64,000 nucleotides of DNA from an uncultured Gammaproteobacteria bacterium (GTDB taxonomy: Bacteria; Pseudomonadota; Gammaproteobacteria; Xanthomonadales; SZUA-38): contig CAZLJY010000002.1 of NCBI GenBank assembly GCA_964559945.1, forward strand, positions 7,856-71,855, in the 5' to 3' direction. Made by a program: the position numbers and the translations under genes. This document shows, one piece after another, positions 34,101 through 40,393 of the stretch. Position 1 is the stretch's first letter, and each line of letters starts with the position of its first letter. Below the pieces are notes generated by a model. It worked only from the letters and a program-made list of their open reading frames with translations. It did no database searches and was not told the DNA's origin.

Positions 34101-35009
34101 AATGTTGAGATCCATACACATAGTCTCATCCAGCACATCGGGAACCACCACAGGGATTGTTACAGTGATATCGTCATTGTTGCCCGTACCGGTAATTGGC
34201 CCCGCACAATCCACCGTGACGGTGCCGCCGCTGCCAATAGCGGGCTGTGTGATGGTGCAGTCGGCATTGCTAAGACCGGCGCTTCCAGCCACCTGTGGGA
34301 TACCGCCAATGAGATCAGCGATCACTAAAGGCGCAGGAAGCGCATCGTCAAAATCCGCACTGGTGATGTCCTGACCGTCTGCAATATCAACGGTTAGGAT
34401 GAAATTAAACGGGTACCCAGGAGGCGGCTCGAATTCCGCATAGTCATTAATTTTGCTGGTAAAACGCGCCACCGTTAAGGTGCTGGTATCGGTAAGCGTA
34501 GTGCCGAAAATCGGCGTGCCGCCGGTGGCGGAGTCGCCAAATCGAAAAACCGGGGTAGACACAATGTCATAACCCATACCCACAACAGCGTCCGATGGTG
34601 GGGTGGGATCGTCACTTTGTAGACAAATGGTCAATGAAATCACTGGCCCGCCAGGGGTGAGCGAGCCAATCGGTGGCACGATGGCAACAAAGGTGCCGTC
34701 GGCTGGGCCGGTGATGGGTTGATTGATCACTGGGTCGATGGCGTTGCCACTGGCGTCAAAGGCAACCGTTGTGGCAGTGGCGTCTAGCGGGGTTACCACA
34801 GCAGAATTAAACACAATCCCCGGTGGCAAACTCAGCTGCAGATAGGGGCCAAAACCCGTATCAGTCCCGGTGTTGCTGATCGTTTGGTTGAAACAGAATT
34901 CTTCGTTAACAAACGGGTCTGCCGGCGGACTGCCGGTAAGCGTAATTGTCTGTCCCCAAACGCTTGAACCCCATAGTGCCATCATGACCAACAGCGCTAT
35001 TCGAACCAT
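22197..35009 (-). CDS. Giant (4270 aa) secreted DUF11-repeat surface protein with an IPTL-CTERM-like C-terminal sorting signal
   Basis: GGAG lies 7 nt upstream of the ATG. The signal peptide is MVRIALLVMMALWGSSVWG-QT. The N-terminal half is built of beta-sandwich modules, followed by 13 tandem 146-aa DUF11-type repeats. The C-terminus is IPTTNTWALLIMMMLLMLVARGRLIRRDC. Confidence 0.9.
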   Translation of the reverse strand: MVRIALLVMMALWGSSVWGQTITLTGSPPADPFVNEEFCFNQTISNTGTDTGFGPYLQLSLPPGIVFNSAVVTPLDATATTVAFDASGNAIDPVINQPITGPADGTFVAIVPPIGSLTPGGPVISLTICLQSDDPTPPSDAVVGMGYDIVSTPVFRFGDSATGGTPIFGTTLTDTSTLTVARFTSKINDYAEFEPPPGYPFNFILTVDIADGQDITSADFDDALPAPLVIADLIGGIPQVAGSAGLSNADCTITQPAIGSGGTVTVDCAGPITGTGNNDDITVTIPVVVPDVLDETMCMDLNIPPNTASFLAQFEGSDIFVPAATQTDDTLVARHFSVQKGAPGGFVVPGDTVSYTIDYQVSDFAELTDLVLVDTVPDGLTLDRSTLVLNGTPLVENTDFTVTTQTGPNGTEEVITLDFDDLTVGVLPLTGDNQLGLGTTGQLTYDTTVNQTYVSRFGSTPATPVPLRINDSLPNTVSTTYAVQGLAGGPALPGCTEGSGATVNVAGFDLTKTVISSPANGVSYQVGEDVVYRLTMTLEAADIVNLQWIDFWPIPIFDAEQYGTAPTVSQPAGSIAATTINYGPAHNLESGGLDVGLTSIVADSGGGTVPSPDSPNSWVFTWDEVSEAVAPVVLQLDIAMTVQPAAFTDLLSLSNILNVNGDGNQSPSASDTGALFIVGAPELTLDKQIVSSTNATSDATISDGDISDADAADVLTYLITLENVGTGSAFDVIATDDAAGGSLLSCAINDDAGQPRVFLDNGGTAGAIDGTDTRYTSFSGDLFGAGITFDDDGTNGASVGGAALAPGTDLNGNNRILIEISCTLPDSVEPGSTITNESGVTWAPGDGSTDRFPEVVDEANATITEVLVNKELVNVSPTEAALGLDADGTENEVTIGSIVRYRTTVTLPEGTSTDITLVDILDTSLAFVDCTSVNTGTATVTPANGVALDAGCTNDGNTDSATDNPFITNSGVNARDVARQAVFDFGTVVVPSSNGAGSTDIVIEYEVVLLDSTNANSGSNRNNNAQWRQDNTTLANDNADNVGIREPVVTIGKAFSPAIGDSGDVTQVTITVAVTGGANRPDAFDVELSDALPPFLTVMSPPTLQACADNPDAGPAEAGGVITASWDTFTKGSSCQIVFDVQVDAATPIGTNIVNTASTEWTSLPGDNTNLSPFIDEFDSERSGAAGVGDGQGASDDYDAQGSASFMVAPVMAIKTVTNRTQTTDNGNFDPAIVDVTIGEVITYELTVNIPDGSAANVMISDELPIAPTVLEYLSVSAITIGSEITVDNDPPLQTVNDTNGDTLNNQLILDFGNLTNANDSPATVAADNQITFLVQARVADIAANGVTGLPVRNNMIVSSDTFSDVVASADVEIAEPDLMVAKSGSVTSGDAGDTITYTLDIGHTGISNAAAIDVLLADQLPAELTYVTGTLAAAGAPSGATCTGAPDLLDESDPNGVGLRIGFDSLPVADVCRFTYQAQINVAATLGDTIMNVADLDYFSTDASEADEQRRSYGDMAEFMVDISGPGLDKLFVSSGDINTPDVDGVLGPEPDLTIGEEVTYRLVLDLPNGTLENAVISDQLPFPGSTPSATFELVSATLSRIGADITIGSGLALGASPDAISDTAPLDGTDDFFLWDLGNVVNVATDATLPADDQIEFTIVARVRNVAGNPGTDNARNQASLDFDIGGTPQMPLMDSVDVDIVQPLLQINKTPDTLVEVSGSDTLTFTLVISHTGASSAVAYDLDITDQLPDPLGSGAPTNFTSSAACQGFVADGTGDPAVLFTITQLDLGDVCTITYDVTVDPTVISGDSYVNNASLQFDSTPGGAGDENGDGNDADTGQFTVDEPSIEKTVFSTSNPDTGQSFGDPFLFDATIGEEVCYHTTVTFPQGVTQQVIVSDTLPSGSANGNEGVLELTSATVFGSGMLGVTNGFTAVISDDLAPVGNDTATFNLGDVTNPTTDNAVTVDDQLVLQVCGVVVNVGPSVPADDDTNESGDLLINTSTLEFEGPTGTVTDSATADIDVVEPNLAVDKTLAEVNGLIATLQFDITNTGTAPAYDLVLDDVLSETNWDLATAIIDTVPAGFIGQILVNTPAAGQTTLRFSSDPAGSLPDTSLEVGETLSFTARVMFADPLPALPVVNVANLSGTTMPGAPDEDRTDTATDSENINLPELSASKTGVLFDDVDSSGDVTPGDVLSYSIVITNTGGASATNVVFTDTPDVNSTLVAGTVTTTQGTITDGNTGTPPVEVALGALAAGGGTATITYRTTVNDPLPAGINTLTNQGVVSSAQVPDVVTDDPGPVGDDDPTVIPVNSNPILEASKTDAVLVDADASSSPSPGDTLRYTVVITNSGNGAASGVTFTDTPDANTTLVAGSVTTTQGTVTGGNAGAPPINIDIGTMMGGGATVTITFDVIVDNPLSDGVTQVSNQGVVGSNELADEPTDDPDTAPDDDPTVTPLIAEPVIEASKSDALLIDADGNSVASPGDTLRYTINVVNSGNQDASGVMFVDTPDANTTLVSGSVTTTQGTITGGNAGVPPVTVDIGILAGQGGSVDIVFDVTINNPLPLGVTQVVNQGRVDSNELPSEPTDDPSTGPDDDANITPLVGTPIISATKTDSLFLDNDGNSIPSPGDELLYTVVLTNSGNQAASGVTFTDTPDANTTLVAGTVTTSRGTITGGNAGTPPITVNVGTLLGGGDSVTISFNVTINNPLPAGVTTVANQGLVGSDQTPVVPTDDPDDADPNDPTDTPVTAVPILEADKADVLLVDADGDTVPSPGDTLRYTVNITNTGNIAATGVTFNDMPDSNSALIVGSVQVAPLGTVVTGNTAGDTTISVNLDTIPGGGASRTITFDVLIDDPLAAGVTQLSNQGVVGSNELPDEPTNDPDTPMDDDPTDTPLTATPVLSAIKTDALLVDADGDGFASPGDTLLYTITITNTGNQGATATFVNDNLDPNVALNVGSVMTSRGSVVLGNTPGDVNVEVDTGVIPGNGETAVVTFEVVVDNPLPAGTTMVANQATVSSAELPPIDTDDPDTLPGGDPTGTPVTTDPLLEAFKSDALLTDNDLDSVPSPGDVLRYTVLIDNVGNVGLTGLAFNDTPGANTQLVPGSVVTTLGTVLMGNGAGDTDVSVDIGSLGGGAQVTITFDVTINNPLPAGVIQVVNQGFVSSDQLPDEPTDDPDGGSEDEPTPTPVTATPILELDKSVTLLTDADGNGVPSPGDTLSYTLTAINIGNAAATGVVITDTPDANGTFIAGSVISTAGLVTIGNTAGDTAISVDVGTLPGGGASVTVGYQVDIPNPLPAGVSQLVNQAFVSGDGLPAEPSNDLDGPPDDDPTVVPLTSATNLEAFKADSLLVDADGDTIASPGDTLRYTVTVLNGGNGGASGVQFTDIPDANTTLVAGSVATTMGTVTLGNTAGDTQVAVAIGGIPGGGGSVTITFDVTINNPLPAGVTLLSNQGAVDSDQQPTEPTDDPDSPDEDDPTPTPVTSAPIIEASKAVALQNDADNNGAVSPGDTLLYTIVIDNIGNGGATGVQYTDIPDINSTLVNGSVASSAGTVVTGNGAGDSTITIDIGGLSGASSVSISYQTTVNSPLPAGVTELVNQGLVGSNELPTVPTDDPDDAPNGDPTEVPIVAAPDLEVLKTDILRVDADGSGSPSPGDTLTYIVTVNNDGNQAAISTFANDNLDPNVTLVVGSVVTSQGTVTQGNTPGDIDVAVDFGDIAGGNTVSLSFDVTINSPLPADVTSVSNQAVVFSDNAPVAPSDDPDTPDDDDTTDTPVTSNPVIEASKTDTLSVDADNNSVGSPGDTLTYIVTISNSGNAGASGIVFTDTPDVNTTLVPGSVQTSQGIVTRGNGGADTDVEINVGTLAGGASVTVSFDVTINSPVINNASQVFNQGLVTGPTIPDEPTDDPDSPTDDDPTGTPIDADPILELSKAAINIFDDNADGLNNSGDRIDYLLTIRNVGNGTANNVTLSDTPDINTLLINGSVITSAGTVITGNGAGQTSIAVNLGSMAANTTQTVAFQVRINDPLPGDVSSIINQAVVDSDETDPVSSDDPGSVVGGDPTVVPLGGAGLGEIGLAKNLANVELPQPGYTAVLPDNSALVSYQLRVFNTGQVDLDQIQVVDDLVSTFPAPATFEVTNLFSAELTVNDNYDGDSDVNLLAGTDSLAVGESGLIRLSVLVFARDSAPPYANTATATAIGASRAVSDISQNGIDADPEGDGPGNNSDPTVITTTLRPLTIPTTNTWALLIMMMLLMLVARGRLIRRDC
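22200..22286 (-). other. IPTL-CTERM-like sorting signal (motif, TM helix, Arg-rich tail)
   Basis: The last 29 aa are IPT-TNT-W-ALLIMMMLLMLVA-RGRLIRRDC. This compares with the remembered IPTL-CTERM consensus IPTLSEWGLLLLALLLG...RRLRRR. Confidence 0.6.
22790..28493 (-). repeat. 13 tandem, diverged ~438-bp (146-aa) intragenic repeats (DUF11 / TIGR01451-type domain)
   Basis: The unit looks like LEASKTDALLVDADG..SPGDTLRYTV.I.N.GN..A.GV.FTDTPD.NTTLV.GSV.T..GTV..GN.G......IG...GG..VTI.F.V.I..PLPAGV....NQG.V.S...P..PTDDPD.P.DDDPT.TP. The antisense shadow ORFs at 23590/24028 and 27547/27985 are exactly 438 nt apart. Confidence 0.85.
28494..32400 (-). repeat. About four higher-order super-repeats (~325 aa each) pairing a TIGExVxY-type module with a Cys-pair DUF11-type module
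   Basis: The first module recurs as VTIGSIVRYRTTVTLPEGT / VTIGEVITYELTVNIPDGS / LTIGEEVTYRLVLDLPNGT / ATIGEEVCYHTTVTFPQGV. Each is followed about 150 aa later by a module such as GDTITYTLDIGHTGISNAAAIDVLLADQLP...C...C(R/Q/T)(F/I)(T/V)(Y/F). The boundaries are approximate. Confidence 0.5.
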
Positions 35010-35320
35010 CCCACTTCTCCTTGACCCTTAGCCGTTGCCGCTAAGTTCTTAACCCCAACTTTGCTAGACCTACTAGCGAACGCTTAAGCCAGTTGATCGG
35101 CATCTGATGTCGAAACCCTAATACCGGCCTGTTTTCCGCAGGCTAACACCCGTGGATTGACCGCAAACAGAGAATAGGCACACTTGTTTACAATTCCACT
35201 CCAGCCACCATAGTGCCTTATTTCCGCAAGGAAAAATGGGTAATGTTCAGGGTTTTTCGATTGAGCGGTCCGAAGCTGGGCTCCGTTGATCAAAAAAACG
35301 TTGTTGATTGTCGAAAACCA

Positions 35321-35349
35321 AAGATATTGTTACGCAGGCGCTATATCAA
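35321..35349 (-). promoter_or_regulatory. Candidate sigma70-type promoter about 300 nt upstream of the 4270-aa gene
   Basis: The minus strand reads TTGATA (35349-35344), a 17-nt spacer, then TATCTT (35326-35321). This is a sequence match only with no expression data. Confidence 0.3.
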
Positions 35350-35493
35350 TCCAACCGAGTCACGAGCTGACCAAAAACAAGAGACTCTTGGCTGTTGACG
35401 GGCAACAAAGTGGCCTTCGGTGCACTTTGAACAGGCTTATCCGCCGCCCTATTGGTCCGATAAAAAACTGAACCGCGACAATACCCATTGTTT

Positions 35494-36060
35494 CTAAGGA
35501 CTAAGAATATCCTTGAGCCGCCGCTTGGCCAGCGCCCAGTCCCGTTGCACGGTTCGCCTGGAGCAACCCAGAGCTTGGGCAGTTTCCTCCTCAGTGAGAC
35601 CGGCAAAAAACCTACACTCAACCAACTGAACTAGATGCTCATCTTCTTCCCTTAGAGCATCCAGGGCATCTTCCAGTTCCAATAGCATTCCGGCCTGTTC
35701 TTGACCATTAACCTTGTCATCGTCCCAGGTAGTTCGATGCTCAGGACCCTGGCGTTTCAGTGCCAACCGCTCCCGGGCCCGGTCTATACATATGCGTCGC
35801 ATGGCGCGAGCGATCAGACGAAAAAAGTGCTGCCGGTCGTTGAACTGCCCCTCCACTGAGTTCATTAGTCGAAGATAGGCCTCATGGACCAGCGCGGTCG
35901 CACTCAAGGTTTGCTCGGCTCGCTCACCGTGTAATTGTCGACCGGCGAGTCTGCGCAGATCGGCGTAGACCATTCCCAATAACGATTCCATGGCCTGGGC
36001 ATCGCCACCGCGACTGTCGAACAACAGCTGGGTGATTTCCGCGGTTGGTCGCTGGGTCAT
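35494..36060 (-). CDS. ECF-type sigma-70 factor of the Ser/Thr-kinase-associated class (Sigma70_ECF / ECF43-like)
   Basis: EITQLLFDSRGGDAQAMESLLGMVYADLRRLAGRQL...TLSATALVHEAYLRLMN is the signature N-terminus of this class. The C-terminal region-4 HTH is GLTEEETAQALGCSRRTVQRDWALAKRRL. I prefer the ATG at 36060 because it forms an ATGA overlap with the kinase stop. The ORF track uses the GTG at 36069. Confidence 0.85.
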   Translation of the reverse strand: MTQRPTAEITQLLFDSRGGDAQAMESLLGMVYADLRRLAGRQLHGERAEQTLSATALVHEAYLRLMNSVEGQFNDRQHFFRLIARAMRRICIDRARERLALKRQGPEHRTTWDDDKVNGQEQAGMLLELEDALDALREEDEHLVQLVECRFFAGLTEEETAQALGCSRRTVQRDWALAKRRLKDILSP

Positions 36061-38195
36061 GGTTGGCACAAGGCTCTTTGCCGACGACTCTCTAGCAATT
36101 CGGGATGCTGCGGCGAATACCGTTTGGACGCGATGTCCACTGCTAAGTCGTAGTATTCAATGGCTTTACCGCAGTCCCCTGCTGAGCGAAGCGCGGTCCC
36201 CAGGTTGTGGGCGACCAAAGCGACCCTAGGGTGCAGGTCGCCAAACTCTTTGCGATATGCGGCTAATGCTAGCTGATAGTGATCCGCAGCTTCAGCGAAC
36301 TGGGCCTGGGTCATCAAGACATTGCCAAGGGTGGTGCTGGCAGTCGCCAACAATTGGGGGTTGTCGCTGGAGCCTGCCAGCAGGTCCACCGCACTTCGGG
36401 CGTGGGATTGAGCCTGATTCAAATCCCCTTTTAACCGCAAGGTGTCTGCCATATTGCTTAAGGTCATTGCCCGACGCACTGCATGGTCGCCGGATAAGCC
36501 ATCCAGGCTCTGCATGGATTGCTCAAAGGCCAAAAGCGCTGTCTCAAGTTCTCCCAAATCGGTCAGTATCAAACCCTGCTGGCTTAGCGCCTGGGCTCGT
36601 TGGCGGGCAAAGGACGGCTTCTCGGTTAGCAACGCCAGCGCCTGCTCCATATGCCGGCGCGCATCTTGAATGTTGGCCGCTCGTCGCTCTGCCATTGCTA
36701 GTCGCTGCAAGGTTAGAGCCCTGACCTCCGGTGCCTGTGGGGTCTTTGCCAACACCTGCATTTGTAATGCCTTGCGCAACTCAACCAAACCCTGGGAAAC
36801 ATCGCCATCGCGATAGCGGGCATACCCAAGCAGACTGAGAAACTCGCTATATCTCGGCGGCTTGGGCACTTCATCCGCCATGTCTGCCACCAGGGGTTCA
36901 ACCAACGCAACAACTTCTGCAAATCGACCTGCATCCAACAGGGCTCGGCCGCTACCGACAATCATCTCTCGTTGGACCTGCGGATTGTGACGCGTAGCTC
37001 CCACCATCTTCTCGAAGTTAGAGCTTGAGATGACGTCATCGATGGGTGCACTACTGCCGTTTTCCAGCGGATCCATGGTCGCCAAAATATCGGTAACCAC
37101 CTCACTTAGGGCCACCGCCGATTCGCCACTGGCTGCCACCTCGGCTTTCTGTTGTTGGATTTGACGCCAGACCATGGTGCCGACCAACAATGCTCCCACC
37201 ACAACGGCTGCCGCCGCTGACAACTCAAAACGACGGTTACCGGCTGCCTTGCGAAAACGATAAGCCTTGTCTTCGGCGCGGGTTGGTAAAGGCTGGTCAT
37301 TGGCCAATGCCATCAGGTCCTTCCCTAGTGCCTCCATAGTGGGGTAACGATCAGTCGGCGCCGCTTCCAGACATCGCCGAAGAATGTGCAGAAAATCGCC
37401 GCGCTGCTGGGCCGCTACATCAATGGCCACTGATGCATCAACACTTGGATTTTTCATTTGCTGACCAATCACATCCAAGCGTGCACTGGCATCTTTCAAC
37501 AACGGGTGCCGACCGGTCACCACTTTGGCAATCAGCAACCCCATCTGAAATACGTCCGTTGCCTCGCTAATCTCGCCGCCACCGAATTGTTCCGGCGCGG
37601 CGTAAGCCGGCGTCATCAGATGCTCCTGACCCTCATCAGCCTCAGCAAAATCTGAAATGCCAAAATCCAGTAGCTTGGGTTCGGCGCTATCGGTCACCAA
37701 GACGTTGCCTGGCTTTAAGTCCTGGTGAATTACCCCCTGACTGTGGGCATGCTCAACCGCGGCAACAACCTTAGCCAGCATCCGCAGGCGAGCAGAAAGG
37801 TCTGGCTGGTGGAGCTCACAATATTCGTCAATTGGCCGTCCGCTGACCAATTCCATAACCAAGTACGGTCGTTCCCCAACAACACCACCATCAATAATTC
37901 TGGCAATTGCGGGATGATCAAGCTTGGCCAGAATCTGACGCTCTCGAACGAAACGCTGTTGATGGGTGTCACCCTTCAACGCCGCGCTCATCACTTTTAC
38001 CGCAACCTGCTGCTCAAATTGGTTGGTCCGTCGCCCACTATAGACGCTTGCCATACCGCCAATGGCGATGCGCTCGGTGAGCTCGAAAGCGCCAAGCACT
38101 TGGCCCGACCAGTTCTCATCATCGACCTGATCGTCAGCCAACAAGCCGCCGCCGGTCACCAGCAGCTGATCCCATTTGTCCTGTGAAATATCCAC
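36057..38195 (-). CDS. Membrane Ser/Thr protein kinase with an extracytoplasmic TPR-repeat region
   Basis: The Hanks kinase motifs are IGGMASVY, VAVKVM, HQDLKPGNVLV, DFGISD and APEQ. The single TM segment is AAAAVVVGALLVGTMVW. About 340 aa of TPR-like repeats follow (e.g. LALLTEKPSFARQRAQALSQQGLILTDLGELETALLAFEQS). Confidence 0.88.
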   Translation of the reverse strand: MDISQDKWDQLLVTGGGLLADDQVDDENWSGQVLGAFELTERIAIGGMASVYSGRRTNQFEQQVAVKVMSAALKGDTHQQRFVRERQILAKLDHPAIARIIDGGVVGERPYLVMELVSGRPIDEYCELHQPDLSARLRMLAKVVAAVEHAHSQGVIHQDLKPGNVLVTDSAEPKLLDFGISDFAEADEGQEHLMTPAYAAPEQFGGGEISEATDVFQMGLLIAKVVTGRHPLLKDASARLDVIGQQMKNPSVDASVAIDVAAQQRGDFLHILRRCLEAAPTDRYPTMEALGKDLMALANDQPLPTRAEDKAYRFRKAAGNRRFELSAAAAVVVGALLVGTMVWRQIQQQKAEVAASGESAVALSEVVTDILATMDPLENGSSAPIDDVISSSNFEKMVGATRHNPQVQREMIVGSGRALLDAGRFAEVVALVEPLVADMADEVPKPPRYSEFLSLLGYARYRDGDVSQGLVELRKALQMQVLAKTPQAPEVRALTLQRLAMAERRAANIQDARRHMEQALALLTEKPSFARQRAQALSQQGLILTDLGELETALLAFEQSMQSLDGLSGDHAVRRAMTLSNMADTLRLKGDLNQAQSHARSAVDLLAGSSDNPQLLATASTTLGNVLMTQAQFAEAADHYQLALAAYRKEFGDLHPRVALVAHNLGTALRSAGDCGKAIEYYDLAVDIASKRYSPQHPELLESRRQRALCQP

Positions 38196-38250
38196 GGTTG
38201 AATATTACCGCAGCTGAACCATCGAGTGTGGGGTGGTCAATTGACCCGGG

Positions 38251-38525
38251 CTAGGAACGACGAACCCTAACCACTTTCATAATGTCCATATCCATCCCAG
38301 CGACGGTCTCGGTATCTGGATAATAGGTAAGATTGACCAAACTGCCGGTCAAATTTTTGTATTTCTTTCGCCGCTTATATTTGAAGGGAACTAACTCACC
38401 CTCCAGCATAATGGTGTTCAAGTACCACTCTTCGACCTCCCGCTGCACGTGGGAGTCGACTTTTCGGTCCTCGGAATGAACCAATTCCGGGTGCTTTTCC
38501 AGCATTTTTTTAGGCGTAACTGGCA

Positions 38526-38526
<1 letters not shown>
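38251..38526 (-). CDS. Small basic hypothetical protein (91 aa), translationally coupled to purA
   Basis: The ATG (38526-38524) overlaps the purA TAA (38528-26) as TAATG. It has a Lys/Arg-rich centre (FKYKRRKKYKNL). I recognise no family. Confidence 0.5.
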
Positions 38527-39830
<1,304 letters not shown>

Positions 39831-39836
39831 TCACCC

Positions 39837-40019
39837 TTATTTCACGAAATTCAGCAAAACTAACCCTACCAGCATACATCCGCCGCCCAACATCCGCAGC
39901 GTTCGGTCATCCATGGACGCCATCTGCCGCATGGCTTCGCGCCAAGATTCGGGACTGGCAAATGGCAATAAGCCTTCCAAAATCAGCACCAAACAAAACG
40001 CCGCCATCAAATCAGACAT
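39837..40019 (-). CDS. DUF2065 (YjeT-like) small membrane protein
   Basis: 60 aa with two hydrophobic segments and LILEGLLPFASPESWR. It sits between hflC and purA, as yjeT does in E. coli. Confidence 0.7.
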   Translation of the reverse strand: MSDLMAAFCLVLILEGLLPFASPESWREAMRQMASMDDRTLRMLGGGCMLVGLVLLNFVK

Positions 40020-40084
40020 CGAAACCCCAAGATTTCAACCACACCATCTAGCGCCATTGGGAGCCCGTTCAAAACACCCAACGA

Positions 40085-40169
40085 GGCAACGGTCGGTATC
40101 AGCCATTTGAAGGAAGTAAAGCGGACCAAAGGGAGCCATTCCTTCAAATGGCTGATACCGACCGTTGCC
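40085..40169. repeat. Perfect 31-bp inverted repeat with a 23-nt loop in the hflC-DUF2065 spacer
   Basis: 40085-40115 (GGCAACGGTCGGTATCAGCCATTTGAAGGAA) is the exact reverse complement of 40139-40169. The loop is GTAAAGCGGACCAAAGGGAGCCA. Confidence 0.9.
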
Positions 40170-40344
40170 GTGCCGATTCCCCGAATTCCCAAACACTCAC
40201 CAAGAAAATTTACACGCGGACGTCGAGCACGCCGCTAAATCAGGCCCTCTGATCGACGTTAAGCATATCCAAAGGAGTCATCCGACAAAGACGCTTTTCC
40301 CTCGCGCGAGCTAAATTTTTGGTGATATCAACTGTCGACCATTA

Positions 40345-40374
40345 GAAAAAGAAAGCGGGGCTAGCCCCGCTTTC
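40345..40374 (-). terminator. Rho-independent terminator after hflC
   Basis: A 10-bp stem pairs GAAAGCGGGG (40351-60) with CCCCGCTTTC (40365-74) around the loop CTAG. On the minus strand it is followed by TTTTTCT. It starts 20 nt after the hflC stop. Confidence 0.8.
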
Positions 40375-40393
40375 TTTTGCTGATCTGATTGGG

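Noticed and set aside
22197-35009. Dozens of 60-230-aa ORFs on the plus strand (e.g. 31618-32310, 26857-27363, and the recurring MSPGE... ORFs)
   Set aside because: They are antisense shadows of the 4270-aa gene. They repeat with the same 438-nt period as the sense repeats. Their composition is low-complexity (S/P/G/V/T), and they have no ribosome-binding sites or recognisable motifs.
35084-35621. Short ORFs (61-91 aa) in the sigma-to-giant-gene spacer
   Set aside because: They overlap each other on both strands, lack ribosome-binding sites and have odd composition. I treat the region as a non-coding leader or promoter.
40007-40192. A 61-aa minus-strand ORF in the hflC-yjeT spacer
   Set aside because: It is created by, and reads through both arms of, the 31-bp inverted repeat. 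It has no RBS, and the hairpin is the real feature.
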